Assembly (NCBI GenBank): GCA_046483075.1
Contig: JAWODV010000042.1
Span: 70,623 to 134,622 of the forward strand
Length of the DNA stretch: 64,000 bases
Direction: 5' to 3'
From: Kosmotogaceae bacterium
GTDB lineage: Bacteria > Thermotogota > Thermotogae > Petrotogales > Kosmotogaceae
In this document: positions 38,026 through 47,081 of the stretch, piece after piece
How the letters are laid out: each line of letters opens with the position of its first letter
Position numbering within the stretch: the stretch's first letter is position 1
The notes under the pieces: generated by a model
What the model saw: the letters and a program-made list of their open reading frames with translations, nothing else
Told to the model about the DNA's origin: nothing
Database searches by the model: none
Translations under genes and position numbers: made by a program

Positions 38026-39195
38026 CTAATTGATTGGAAACCCTTCTTTTACTTTCTTATAAAGCTTTAGAGTGTTTTCTGTAAACCGATCAACAGTGTA
38101 TTCTCCAGACATTTCATAGGATTTCTTTGACATCCTGGTTTTAATATCTTCGTTTTCCAGAATAGTCTTCATACCTTTCCACATTTCCTTCTTGGACTTG
38201 TATTTGTAACCATTAACATCGTTTATAACCATATTTTTTATGCTTGAATCATCATATGCTACTACAGGCAATTTGCTTGCCATGGCTTCAATAAACGTTA
38301 TAGGATGTATCTCCGTATGAGAAGCACTTATAAAAATATCCGAAGAACGATAAGCAAGACTTATTTCGTCTGGCCAGTCTAAATAACCTGTAAAGATCAC
38401 ATTTTCAGAAACACCAAGCTCAGAAGCTAAAAGCTCAAAGTTCTTTTTTTCTGGTCCATCTCCAACAAGCAATAATTTAACATCCAGAATAAATTCAGAT
38501 AAATGTTTAATATTATAGATTAAATTATCCACGCTTTTTTCTTTGCCCATTCTCCCCACAAATATCATTACTTTCTCTTTTTCTTTAATCCCAAAACGTT
38601 TTCGAAATCCCTTTCGTTTTTCTTCGTCATCTTCAGGCATATCATAAAAGGAAGAAAGATCAATACCGTTAGGTACTACAGTCACAGGTGTTTTATCGTA
38701 ATAATTTAAGAGAAGTTTTTTTACCTTTACAGATGGAGCTATTAGCATATTCGATGCTCTACAGATAACACTTAACCAGTAATCAAACAAATCCTTCATA
38801 AGATATTCAACTAGCGGGGAATAATATCTTACATATTCATCGTACATAGTATGCATCGTGTGAACCATGGGTACTTTGTATTTTTTTGCCACCTGGACAG
38901 CCTGAACCCACATAGAAAATTCTGTATGTGTATGAATAATGTCAAGTTCAAGGTTCTTTACCTTGTTTTGCAAAGATAATGATAATGGTGTTCCAATTCT
39001 ATGTTGAGGTTCTCTAAAAAATCTCATCGACGGTACGCGAATAATATTATCTTTACTATCTGCATTGGGATGCTTTATGGTAAAAATATAGACATTGTGT
39101 CCTCGTTCCTTCAAACCCTTTTCAAGATTTCTAATAACAGTTACAACGCCATTTATCTGTGGAAGATAAGTATCGGTAAAAATTCCAATGTTCAT
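38026..39195 (-). CDS. Family 4 (GT-B, retaining) glycosyltransferase, diacylglycerol glucosyltransferase-like
   Basis: 389 aa with N-terminus MNIGIFTDTYLPQINGVVT, as in monoglucosyl-DAG synthases, and an E-x7-E motif (TEIHPITFIEAMA). Confidence 0.75.
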   Translation of the reverse strand: MNIGIFTDTYLPQINGVVTVIRNLEKGLKERGHNVYIFTIKHPNADSKDNIIRVPSMRFFREPQHRIGTPLSLSLQNKVKNLELDIIHTHTEFSMWVQAVQVAKKYKVPMVHTMHTMYDEYVRYYSPLVEYLMKDLFDYWLSVICRASNMLIAPSVKVKKLLLNYYDKTPVTVVPNGIDLSSFYDMPEDDEEKRKGFRKRFGIKEKEKVMIFVGRMGKEKSVDNLIYNIKHLSEFILDVKLLLVGDGPEKKNFELLASELGVSENVIFTGYLDWPDEISLAYRSSDIFISASHTEIHPITFIEAMASKLPVVAYDDSSIKNMVINDVNGYKYKSKKEMWKGMKTILENEDIKTRMSKKSYEMSGEYTVDRFTENTLKLYKKVKEGFPIN

Positions 39196-39325
39196 GTTTT
39201 TTCGGCATTAACAAGCATTACAGTAAACTAATGCCTTATCCCCCTTTCATCTTACTTAAAGGATTAATAAATGAATTCCCCCGGAAATTTCTATTTTAAA
39301 GAAACAACATGAACAACTCTTTGAT

Positions 39326-40891
39326 TTATTGTTGTTCAGTTGTGCTTTTTTCCCGGTTAATCGGTATGTAATGTTTTTTTCGATTACCTTTTTTTGCTAC
39401 CGCCACTAACAACACGGTAACACCCAAAAATATCCATGGTGTGGTTGAACCAAAACTTGCATAGATACTTTTGCTCTTTGCTGGAATATATTCAAATAAA
39501 TCAATTATGTACTCTTCATCGTTTTCAAATATTGATGGTAAACGTTTTAAAACCCTACCATAGGGATCAATAATTCCTGTAAATCCTGTATTTGATACCT
39601 GTACAACATACATTCTACTTTCTATAGCTCTCATTCTGGCTTTTGAAAAATGCTGTATTAAGCCCGTTTTTATATTGAACCAACCATCATTTGTAGATAT
39701 GACCAATAATTCTGCCCCTTTATTAACCAGATGTCGTGACACTCCAGGATAATAGGAATCAAAACAAATCTGTGCACCTATTTTCTGTTCTTTCATATCA
39801 AAAATGGTGTACTCGTCTCCAGCACTAAAGAAATCGAGAAATTTTAGAAAATTGAATATGCCAAAAATTGATGGATAAGGTAAGAACTCTGCAAATGGAC
39901 TCAATCTTACCTTTGCATAGTAATCTTCACTAAAACCTTTATTACTTACTACCCGCAGTTGATTGTAATTATTCTCACCGTAAATGGGAAAACCGACAAG
40001 CAATTCTAAATCTTTTTCCTCCACAATATTGAGTAGTTCATCACCAAATGTTGAATTCCTAATATCAAACATGAAGGTTGCTTCAGGCATAATTACGACA
40101 CTATCTTCATTAACTTCATCTAAAGCATTCTTCACAACTCTAAAAACTTCATCAGTTGAATCGCTATATTTAAGTGACTGGCTAAAATTTGTTTGAATTA
40201 CTGCAATCTGCTTCTTACCATTGAACTGAAAGATATTTGCTTGAACAAAACGATTTATTACACCATTTACTATAAAAACCAGACCAAGAGTTACAACCAC
40301 AGTAATCAGCTTTGTTTTAAGAGAATTAATCTTTTCAAGTTGATAGAAAAGTACCATATTAAATAAAACAACTAAGAAAATCAATAAAAGAGGTCCACCA
40401 ATTGAAGATAGCTGAACAATGCCTGTATGATCAACCAGAGCATCAGACAGTCTTGCACCTGTAAATCCAAGATCTCCGACAGATCTCAGATACTCCATAA
40501 AACTGAAAAAGGTCGCTACTGTAAATAACCATAGAATCGGCTTTTCTTTAAGAGAACGAGAAAAGAAAGAAAAGAATAAACCAAATCCAAAAAAAGGAAC
40601 TGCCATAACAACACCCATCAAAAAAAAGGTTATTGCTCCTACAAAAGAAGGAAACCTGTTAAGCACCTCTGGTACATTCACAGATAAAACGGGAAATACC
40701 CAAAAATGTGCAATCATGAGATAGATATAACCAAACAGAAAACCTGCCAGACCACCTTTAATTGGGCTTAATTTTTCTAAGGTGAAGAAAAGGGGAACGA
40801 GTGCAAACCAGATCAGACCTCCCCAAAGCATACCGGGCATTGAGAGGGCAACTAATATAGATGATATTACAATACCTGGCAACTCAATCAT
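39326..40891 (-). CDS. lnt: Apolipoprotein N-acyltransferase
   Basis: 521 aa with a multi-TM N-terminal half and a C-terminal CN-hydrolase domain. The E/K/C triad context is present (VIMPEATF ... AQICFDSYYP). Confidence 0.85.
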   Translation of the reverse strand: MIELPGIVISSILVALSMPGMLWGGLIWFALVPLFFTLEKLSPIKGGLAGFLFGYIYLMIAHFWVFPVLSVNVPEVLNRFPSFVGAITFFLMGVVMAVPFFGFGLFFSFFSRSLKEKPILWLFTVATFFSFMEYLRSVGDLGFTGARLSDALVDHTGIVQLSSIGGPLLLIFLVVLFNMVLFYQLEKINSLKTKLITVVVTLGLVFIVNGVINRFVQANIFQFNGKKQIAVIQTNFSQSLKYSDSTDEVFRVVKNALDEVNEDSVVIMPEATFMFDIRNSTFGDELLNIVEEKDLELLVGFPIYGENNYNQLRVVSNKGFSEDYYAKVRLSPFAEFLPYPSIFGIFNFLKFLDFFSAGDEYTIFDMKEQKIGAQICFDSYYPGVSRHLVNKGAELLVISTNDGWFNIKTGLIQHFSKARMRAIESRMYVVQVSNTGFTGIIDPYGRVLKRLPSIFENDEEYIIDLFEYIPAKSKSIYASFGSTTPWIFLGVTVLLVAVAKKGNRKKHYIPINREKSTTEQQ

Positions 40892-41717
40892 ACTCCTCTA
40901 AAATCTTTTCTATCGCTTCAGCCACACCATTTTCATCGTTGGTTTTGCTGGTCACAAAATCAGCGTGCTTTTTAACATCATCAGGAGCATTGTTCATGGC
41001 TACAGCAAATCCAACATCCTTCATAACGTCAAGATCATTGTAGTTATCGCCAATATATGCCACTTCATCTTTTCCAATTCCCGATACTTTACGTAAATAA
41101 TTCAAACCAATTGATTTTCGTACCTCTGGACCAAAGAATTCATAAAATGAATGATCTTCAAGGATGTTATTCTTTATAATCGATATATCTTCAGAAAAAT
41201 TCTCAATTTTTTCTATCACTTTCAAGATTTTTCTTTCAGGTCCTTCCAGTGCTACTTCAACAACGCTATCATGATTAACATGATTGAGAACATTATTGGA
41301 AACTCTTATCCTGAAACGATTGTGTTCATAGTAATTAGCATACGGAGTGTTAGGAATTTTTTCCATATGCATATCAGGAAACTCAAAAAAATCTTTGTAA
41401 AGAACGCAGTTTATATCTAACTTTTTTGCTTCTGTTATTATAGTTCTGGCATATTTTGAGTCTAACTTTATGGCTCTTAAAATCCTATTTTTGTCAGCAC
41501 CATGTAAAATCAGAGCACCATTCTGGTAAACTACTGGTATATCAAGTTCCAGTTCTTCAATGTACTCTTTTGCTGATATGTAACTTCTTCCCGTTGATAT
41601 GGAAACACCAATACCCTTTTTAATAGATCTTTTCAGAGCTTTTTTATTATCGTTGCTAATTTTCTTATTATGGTTAAGCAAAGTACCATCAAGATCAATC
41701 ACGATAAGCTTAATCAT
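40884..41717 (-). CDS. Cof-type HAD-IIB phosphatase
   Basis: It opens with MIKLIVIDLDGTLL (motif I) and contains IGDNYNDLDM (motif III). The ATG at 41717 is preceded by GGAGG. The longer ORF in the track is an upstream read-through of the frame. Confidence 0.85.
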   Translation of the reverse strand: MIKLIVIDLDGTLLNHNKKISNDNKKALKRSIKKGIGVSISTGRSYISAKEYIEELELDIPVVYQNGALILHGADKNRILRAIKLDSKYARTIITEAKKLDINCVLYKDFFEFPDMHMEKIPNTPYANYYEHNRFRIRVSNNVLNHVNHDSVVEVALEGPERKILKVIEKIENFSEDISIIKNNILEDHSFYEFFGPEVRKSIGLNYLRKVSGIGKDEVAYIGDNYNDLDVMKDVGFAVAMNNAPDDVKKHADFVTSKTNDENGVAEAIEKILEEYD

Positions 41718-42696
41718 ATTTATCCTCCAAACACTCAACGATCTGAAATGTATGCAATTTATTGTTTTTTGATTCAATCCATTCCACTTTAATCGGCAAG
41801 GCAAACTCAGGTTTTAGCCTGCCGTCAATCACCCATTTTCTGGAATGTTCCGTTCTATACAACGCTGGGTTTGCAACTACTCTCAGTTTTACAGGATGTA
41901 CAATCCATTTTACATCATGAACCCCATCAATGCTTAATAATCTATTGGCTATGCTGTCTCTCGAGGAGTTATCTGGCAAAGGTTTAACGTTTACCAATGC
42001 AATATTTTTAGACAAAGGCCCAATTATTTTGACATTGGCTATTTCTTTTTCATCAGTTCCTAAATGATCAAGCAAAACTTCATTGGTAGCCGCAACAGAA
42101 TAACCATGAAAGGATGGATTTGACATTATCTTTAACAAATGCTTGAGCTTACAGCCTTCTCTGATATTCCCTTCACCAATACGTGGAACACCAAAATCAA
42201 AAAAATCAAGCGCTTTTTGAACATCTTTTTTGGTCCATTTCCTTATAGGGGAATACAAATTGTCTTTTATTTTTATCCCAGTCTTTCCCCAGCTATCTGA
42301 TTGATTTGCACCTGTTGCAATGATCTGATCTTTATAGTTATCAAGCGCTGCAAATTTCGCATATCTTGTGCATCGATTGCAGGAAGGTCCATTTCTCCAG
42401 ACTTTTTCCTGCATTTCTCTTCCGCATTTAAACTCTAATTCAAGATTCAATCTTTCACTTATGCCAAGCACGTTTTCAATAGCTTTGCTGTAGGTGTAGG
42501 GTCCAAAGATGACATTTAATAGTTGTACTTTGTCTTTTCCCAATGCTTCTTTTGCCAGTAAAGCAACAAGTGTACTATCCTTTCCACCTGAAAAAGCAAC
42601 AAACATATGCCTAGAAACTTTTCTAATTTCTTCAATCGTCTCATTTACAAGGGTTTCTATATTCAACAAGTTACCTCCATATATTTTATGTTTCAA
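41710..42696 (-). CDS. PP-loop ATP pyrophosphatase, LarE-like (COG1606-type), with a Cys triad and an extended C-terminus
   Basis: 328 aa with PP-loop VAFSGGKDSTLV, a CxxC (PSCNRCTRYAKF) and a later REGCKLK. The layout parallels LarE-type sulfur transferases. The last 90 aa or so carry no motif I recognise. Confidence 0.55.
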   Translation of the reverse strand: MKHKIYGGNLLNIETLVNETIEEIRKVSRHMFVAFSGGKDSTLVALLAKEALGKDKVQLLNVIFGPYTYSKAIENVLGISERLNLELEFKCGREMQEKVWRNGPSCNRCTRYAKFAALDNYKDQIIATGANQSDSWGKTGIKIKDNLYSPIRKWTKKDVQKALDFFDFGVPRIGEGNIREGCKLKHLLKIMSNPSFHGYSVAATNEVLLDHLGTDEKEIANVKIIGPLSKNIALVNVKPLPDNSSRDSIANRLLSIDGVHDVKWIVHPVKLRVVANPALYRTEHSRKWVIDGRLKPEFALPIKVEWIESKNNKLHTFQIVECLEDKYD

Positions 42697-42730
42697 TGAT
42701 AGCGTTACAGTAATATATATAAGTATAACG

Positions 42731-42755
42731 TAAAAAAGACGGCATTTAAGCCGCC
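42731..42755 (-). terminator. Rho-independent terminator of the ornithine operon
   Basis: The minus-strand RNA reads GGCGGC-UUAAAU-GCCGUC (6 bp with one G-U pair) followed by UUUUUUA, 19 nt after the oraE stop. Confidence 0.6.
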
Positions 42756-42773
42756 TTTAAAATTTCTCCTTTT

Positions 42774-44978
42774 TTATTTTACCTTTTTTATTTGTTCCTT
42801 CTTCTTTTTTACCAGGAATGTAGCCACGTGAATTCCCTTTGTTCCTCTTCCAAAACCTGCATCCATTCCACAATTTACTGCGAGTTCATTATTAATCTGG
42901 GTTCCACCTGCAATTATCATAATTTTATCTCTTATGCCCTTTTCTATAGCAAGCTCATGGATTTTCTTCATATTCTCAACATGGACCTCATTATGGGTGA
43001 TTATTGTAGAAACGAGTATAGCATCTGCTCCTGTTTCTATAGCTGCATCAATAAACTTTTCAGGTGGTACGCTTGTTCCCAGATATGTATATTTTATTCC
43101 AAATTTCTCTATACCAGAATGTTTAATATCCAGTATCTCTCTTAAACCAACTGAATGTTCATCATTTCCTACCGTTCCAGCAACAACATGTATTCGATTT
43201 TTAGAAACGAACTTCGTTATCTCTTCTTCAGGCAAAACACCAGGTTTTTGAGAAAGCTTGAGCTCTTTCTTATTTATCTCAAAGGGAACCTTAGCTTTCA
43301 GTTCTATGTAAGTACCTTCCTTTGGGTGCAATGGGGTCTTATTCAGCACCGCTGGATCTTCAAGTCCAAGTTTCTTTGCTATGGCTATTGCTGCTGCTTC
43401 TGCATAATCCTGATCTTCAGGAATAGTTAAATCAAGCTGAATGATGCCATCTCCAGCCCATTCTACCTCTGGTTTGATCGTTGAATGCTTTCTTATCCTC
43501 TCAGTCTCTTTCATCCTGAGTTCAACGTTATCGGTTTCATCGAGCTCATCAATATACTGAATTTTATCTGGATTATGCAATGTACATCCACCTATCAAAT
43601 CACAGGGTTTATCAAGCTCATCAGGGATATTGTTGTTTCCGAAATGCTCGCACACTGGAGCCATATAGTCTTCATCTCTTGGTACTACACTTCCGGCTCC
43701 TATACCTCCATCTTTCTTTCTCGCTATCCCATCACCATTTCTTTCAGGATAATATCCGTTATCGATAAAGAATGCTTCTTCAACAGCTTCAAAATATCCT
43801 CCAATTTCAAGAATTTCTTCCATCATAAGAATTGCTCTCATCTTAAGCTCTCTCATTTTTGGTCGAACATAATTGTCATTAACCTTCAAAATATCCTTTA
43901 TTCCATCCAGAGCAATTAACGTGTGTTTCGCCGTTTCAACGCCTCTTACAGAATTAACATGCCATGGAACATTGCGACCTTCATCAGGTGTTATTGTTGA
44001 TTGAATATCAACCGATGTTAATCGAGAAATTAAGGTATCCAAAACATGTACTCTGGTAGCGTCAAACAAATCTGATTCTATATATCGTGTATTCATTTGC
44101 GCCCTGAATTTGAAGTCTTTGAATAATTCCCTGACCGTCAGGGCATAAATGAAATTCAATTTGAACTCCGGTGTCGGAGAAACAACAGGCGGAACCGTTG
44201 ATAATGCAATATTATTTTTTTTCATACCTGCTTTTACTGAAAAACTGCAATTTATTGCATGCTGAACAAGAAGTTCAGGCATCACCTTCCAAGCCATTTT
44301 TGCAGATGCATTAGCATTGTGAGCCCCATCTATCTGCAGCATATCCACACTTGACATAATCTTTTTTGCTACAGCAGCATCAACAAAAGAACGTACAGGA
44401 TTTATACCTCTGTAAAGTACATTATATTGTGGATCCTGATGAGCACCGTTGACACCTTCTTCCACAAATAAAACGGCAATTTCGGGACCAGCAACACCAC
44501 TAACATAACTGTGATAATTAATTGGTCTTCCAACCTCATCCTCAATTATGTCCAATGCCTTTCTTGAAGCCCTTATTTGTTTCCTTGTTATTGGGATACC
44601 GCCTATTCCCTCCGGAGTACCTTCCATTAGCCTATCTATATGGCTTTGTCCAAGAGTTCGAATAACCATTATATGGTCAGCTCCGTGCCATGCAGCCATC
44701 CTCATTCTTCTTAAATCATTTTCGAACCTTCCCGAAGCAATTTCTGATGTAATAACAGCATCCGGTTGAGGATCTATATTTCCAAAGTAATGCGCTGCAG
44801 GAAGTGGAATACTTTTTTCCATGGGTTCGCTAATTTGATCATATATGAAATTGCCTACTTTTGTCCCCTTGGGAAGACATTTTCTCCAGGTCCAACCCTT
44901 TCTTCGGGGCCTGTAATGATCCAGGTCCTTCAAAATCTCATCTATATTAAGTTTTTTGTTCTCCGGTAGCTGCATCAT
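42774..44978 (-). CDS. oraE: D-ornithine 4,5-aminomutase, large (E/beta) subunit
   Basis: 734 aa with a PLP/TIM-barrel N-terminal part and a C-terminal B12-binding Rossmann domain carrying DxHxxG (GNDEHSVGLREI). Its size and its pairing with a roughly 120-aa partner match OraE rather than the split KamD/KamE. Confidence 0.85.
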   Translation of the reverse strand: MMQLPENKKLNIDEILKDLDHYRPRRKGWTWRKCLPKGTKVGNFIYDQISEPMEKSIPLPAAHYFGNIDPQPDAVITSEIASGRFENDLRRMRMAAWHGADHIMVIRTLGQSHIDRLMEGTPEGIGGIPITRKQIRASRKALDIIEDEVGRPINYHSYVSGVAGPEIAVLFVEEGVNGAHQDPQYNVLYRGINPVRSFVDAAVAKKIMSSVDMLQIDGAHNANASAKMAWKVMPELLVQHAINCSFSVKAGMKKNNIALSTVPPVVSPTPEFKLNFIYALTVRELFKDFKFRAQMNTRYIESDLFDATRVHVLDTLISRLTSVDIQSTITPDEGRNVPWHVNSVRGVETAKHTLIALDGIKDILKVNDNYVRPKMRELKMRAILMMEEILEIGGYFEAVEEAFFIDNGYYPERNGDGIARKKDGGIGAGSVVPRDEDYMAPVCEHFGNNNIPDELDKPCDLIGGCTLHNPDKIQYIDELDETDNVELRMKETERIRKHSTIKPEVEWAGDGIIQLDLTIPEDQDYAEAAAIAIAKKLGLEDPAVLNKTPLHPKEGTYIELKAKVPFEINKKELKLSQKPGVLPEEEITKFVSKNRIHVVAGTVGNDEHSVGLREILDIKHSGIEKFGIKYTYLGTSVPPEKFIDAAIETGADAILVSTIITHNEVHVENMKKIHELAIEKGIRDKIMIIAGGTQINNELAVNCGMDAGFGRGTKGIHVATFLVKKKKEQIKKVK

Positions 44979-45343
44979 TTCACCCCCTTAAATTCCTGCT
45001 CAACAAGATCCCACAACTCACCTGAAGCGAGTTTTCTGCCAGTTTGAATAATATCTCCACCGGTAACTTTAGATATTTTATATACTATATGACCTGCTCC
45101 TTTTCCTAGCAGGCCCAACTCAACCAGTTTGTCAACAATTGCTTTTGATTCAAGACTGTTGAATCCCATTCGCAGTAATACAGAACGCTCAATTGAAGGG
45201 GAAGTATGATCCTTAGCCAAATTAACCAAAGGCTCAGTAATGCGATCTGCAAGTTCCCAAAAATATCTGTCCAGCTCTTCATCACTCATTTCTCTAAGAT
45301 GTTTGCTCCTGGTTTTGAAATTATCCCGTCCCTGCTTAGCCAT
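44975..45343 (-). CDS. oraS: D-ornithine 4,5-aminomutase, small (S/alpha) subunit
   Basis: 122 aa, overlapping oraE by 4 nt and ortB by 8 nt. Size and position match OraS. Confidence 0.8.
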   Translation of the reverse strand: MAKQGRDNFKTRSKHLREMSDEELDRYFWELADRITEPLVNLAKDHTSPSIERSVLLRMGFNSLESKAIVDKLVELGLLGKGAGHIVYKISKVTGGDIIQTGRKLASGELWDLVEQEFKGVK

Positions 45344-46751
45344 CAGAAAAAACCTCCTTGCAAATGTCCTCTATATTATTAGTATCCGTCTTTAAGTCTT
45401 CTGCAAGAAACTTAATATCTTTCTCATTCAAACTACTGATTCCTCTTTTTTTCAACTGCTTCACATACGACCTTCTTAACCTATCCAGTGAAATATTTTT
45501 CAATTGCAGTTGTTGAGGTGTTTCAGGAATAACGATTCTTTTTCCAGGCTCATCAAGCTCGTTAGGTACTCCTCTAATAATCTTTATACCCTGTTTTTTA
45601 GCAAAAGAAAGCTGAGCCGTGGGCAATTTACCCGCACCTGTGTATTCTGTTTCCTGAACAACAATTATTTTGTCTTCTGGTAATTTCCTAGCCAAAGCTA
45701 CAGCTACTGCCAGTGAAGTGTTTCCAGCTGGACCGCGTTGCATACCTTCAAGTCTTGATAACATCTCCGTCACATAAAACACTTCACCCTGCGTTACAAG
45801 ATAGTACTCATCCATATACCGTAATGCACGTGCAGCGTTTCTTGGCACATCCGATCTGTCAGGAAAAACAGAAAACGGGATCCCAAAACCCGTATGACCG
45901 GTAGTAAATGATTTCCTATTGAAATCATTGTCACTTGCCATATGCAAACCATGCAGGTCAACACTGGCAGCAATCACCTTTGTTTTTTTAGAATCTGCTT
46001 TTTGGATTCCCCTGGCTGTACCGGTAAGATTACCCCCTCCTGCGTTTGTTACTATAACGTAGTCGGGATCTTTCTCGGTTTGTTCACGCACTTGCTGTAC
46101 CAATTCATATCCTAACGTTTCCACTCCATTTATTCCATAAGGTGTATAAAGTGATGCGTTGAAATATCCGGTATCTTCAAGCAGTAATAAAAAGTAATAG
46201 AAAAGTTCTGGTCCCACAGTTAACTGTATAACCTCGGCACCATAACTTTCACAAGCTCTTCCCTTTTCAAGAATTTCCGGTTGTCCTTTTCCCTGACTGT
46301 CATAGGTCTCCTGTACTATGATACATTTAAGTTCTCTCTTAACGGCCTGAGAAGCCACTGCAGCACCATAGTTACCACTTGTCGCTGCAATTACTCCCTT
46401 ATATCCGAGTTCCTTCGCTTTATAGACACTAACTGAAGCCCTCCGGTCTTTGAAGCTGCCTGAAGGATTTGATGCTTCATCTTTTAAGAAAATCCTGGCT
46501 CCTTTACCTTTATCAGAGAGATATCGAACCAATCGGTTAATATTCTTAAGTTCCACTAAAGAAGTATTACCAACACCTTTTTCCTTTTGAATTAAAGACA
46601 CTTCATCAAGAGATAATCCCGCGCTGTTCATCATTCCTTCATAATCAAAGGAAATACCTTCATTTTCAAAAGAATCATAATCTATTCCTACGGAAGCCTT
46701 CATTATCTCATTTTTTCTGTTCATTACCGCTTCATACGATCTATTACTCAT
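45336..46751 (-). CDS. ortB: 2-amino-4-ketopentanoate thiolase, beta (PLP) subunit
   Basis: 471 aa with the fold-type II PLP motif NPSGSFKDRRAS. It is adjacent to a roughly 100-aa partner and to ord. Confidence 0.8.
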   Translation of the reverse strand: MSNRSYEAVMNRKNEIMKASVGIDYDSFENEGISFDYEGMMNSAGLSLDEVSLIQKEKGVGNTSLVELKNINRLVRYLSDKGKGARIFLKDEASNPSGSFKDRRASVSVYKAKELGYKGVIAATSGNYGAAVASQAVKRELKCIIVQETYDSQGKGQPEILEKGRACESYGAEVIQLTVGPELFYYFLLLLEDTGYFNASLYTPYGINGVETLGYELVQQVREQTEKDPDYVIVTNAGGGNLTGTARGIQKADSKKTKVIAASVDLHGLHMASDNDFNRKSFTTGHTGFGIPFSVFPDRSDVPRNAARALRYMDEYYLVTQGEVFYVTEMLSRLEGMQRGPAGNTSLAVAVALARKLPEDKIIVVQETEYTGAGKLPTAQLSFAKKQGIKIIRGVPNELDEPGKRIVIPETPQQLQLKNISLDRLRRSYVKQLKKRGISSLNEKDIKFLAEDLKTDTNNIEDICKEVFSDG

Positions 46752-47068
46752 CTAAGATCATCCTCTTTATCTATTTTACGTAATAACTCTACAAGTTCCG
46801 TCCCTGCGTTAAAAAGCTCTTCTATATGCTCACCAAAACCATGATCATATGTGGGATTTACAGCCATTAGCGTTCCATTTTCAGATCTTCCAGTAACTGT
46901 TTTTATTTTTACTTCATCGCCAATATTTGCTGTAATATTTTCGAGATATCCCTTTAGTCTCATTTCAAGTGGTACTTTTGATGTATCTTCGGGTACATTA
47001 GAGCTTCTTTCTTCTGCTTTCAGAACAACTCTTTTTATTTGTACCCAATCACCTTTCTTAGCAACCAT
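46748..47068 (-). CDS. ortA: 2-amino-4-ketopentanoate thiolase, alpha subunit
   Basis: 106 aa, overlapping ortB by 4 nt. Size and position match OrtA. Confidence 0.75.
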   Translation of the reverse strand: MVAKKGDWVQIKRVVLKAEERSSNVPEDTSKVPLEMRLKGYLENITANIGDEVKIKTVTGRSENGTLMAVNPTYDHGFGEHIEELFNAGTELVELLRKIDKEDDLR

Positions 47069-47081
47069 TTAATCACCTCAC

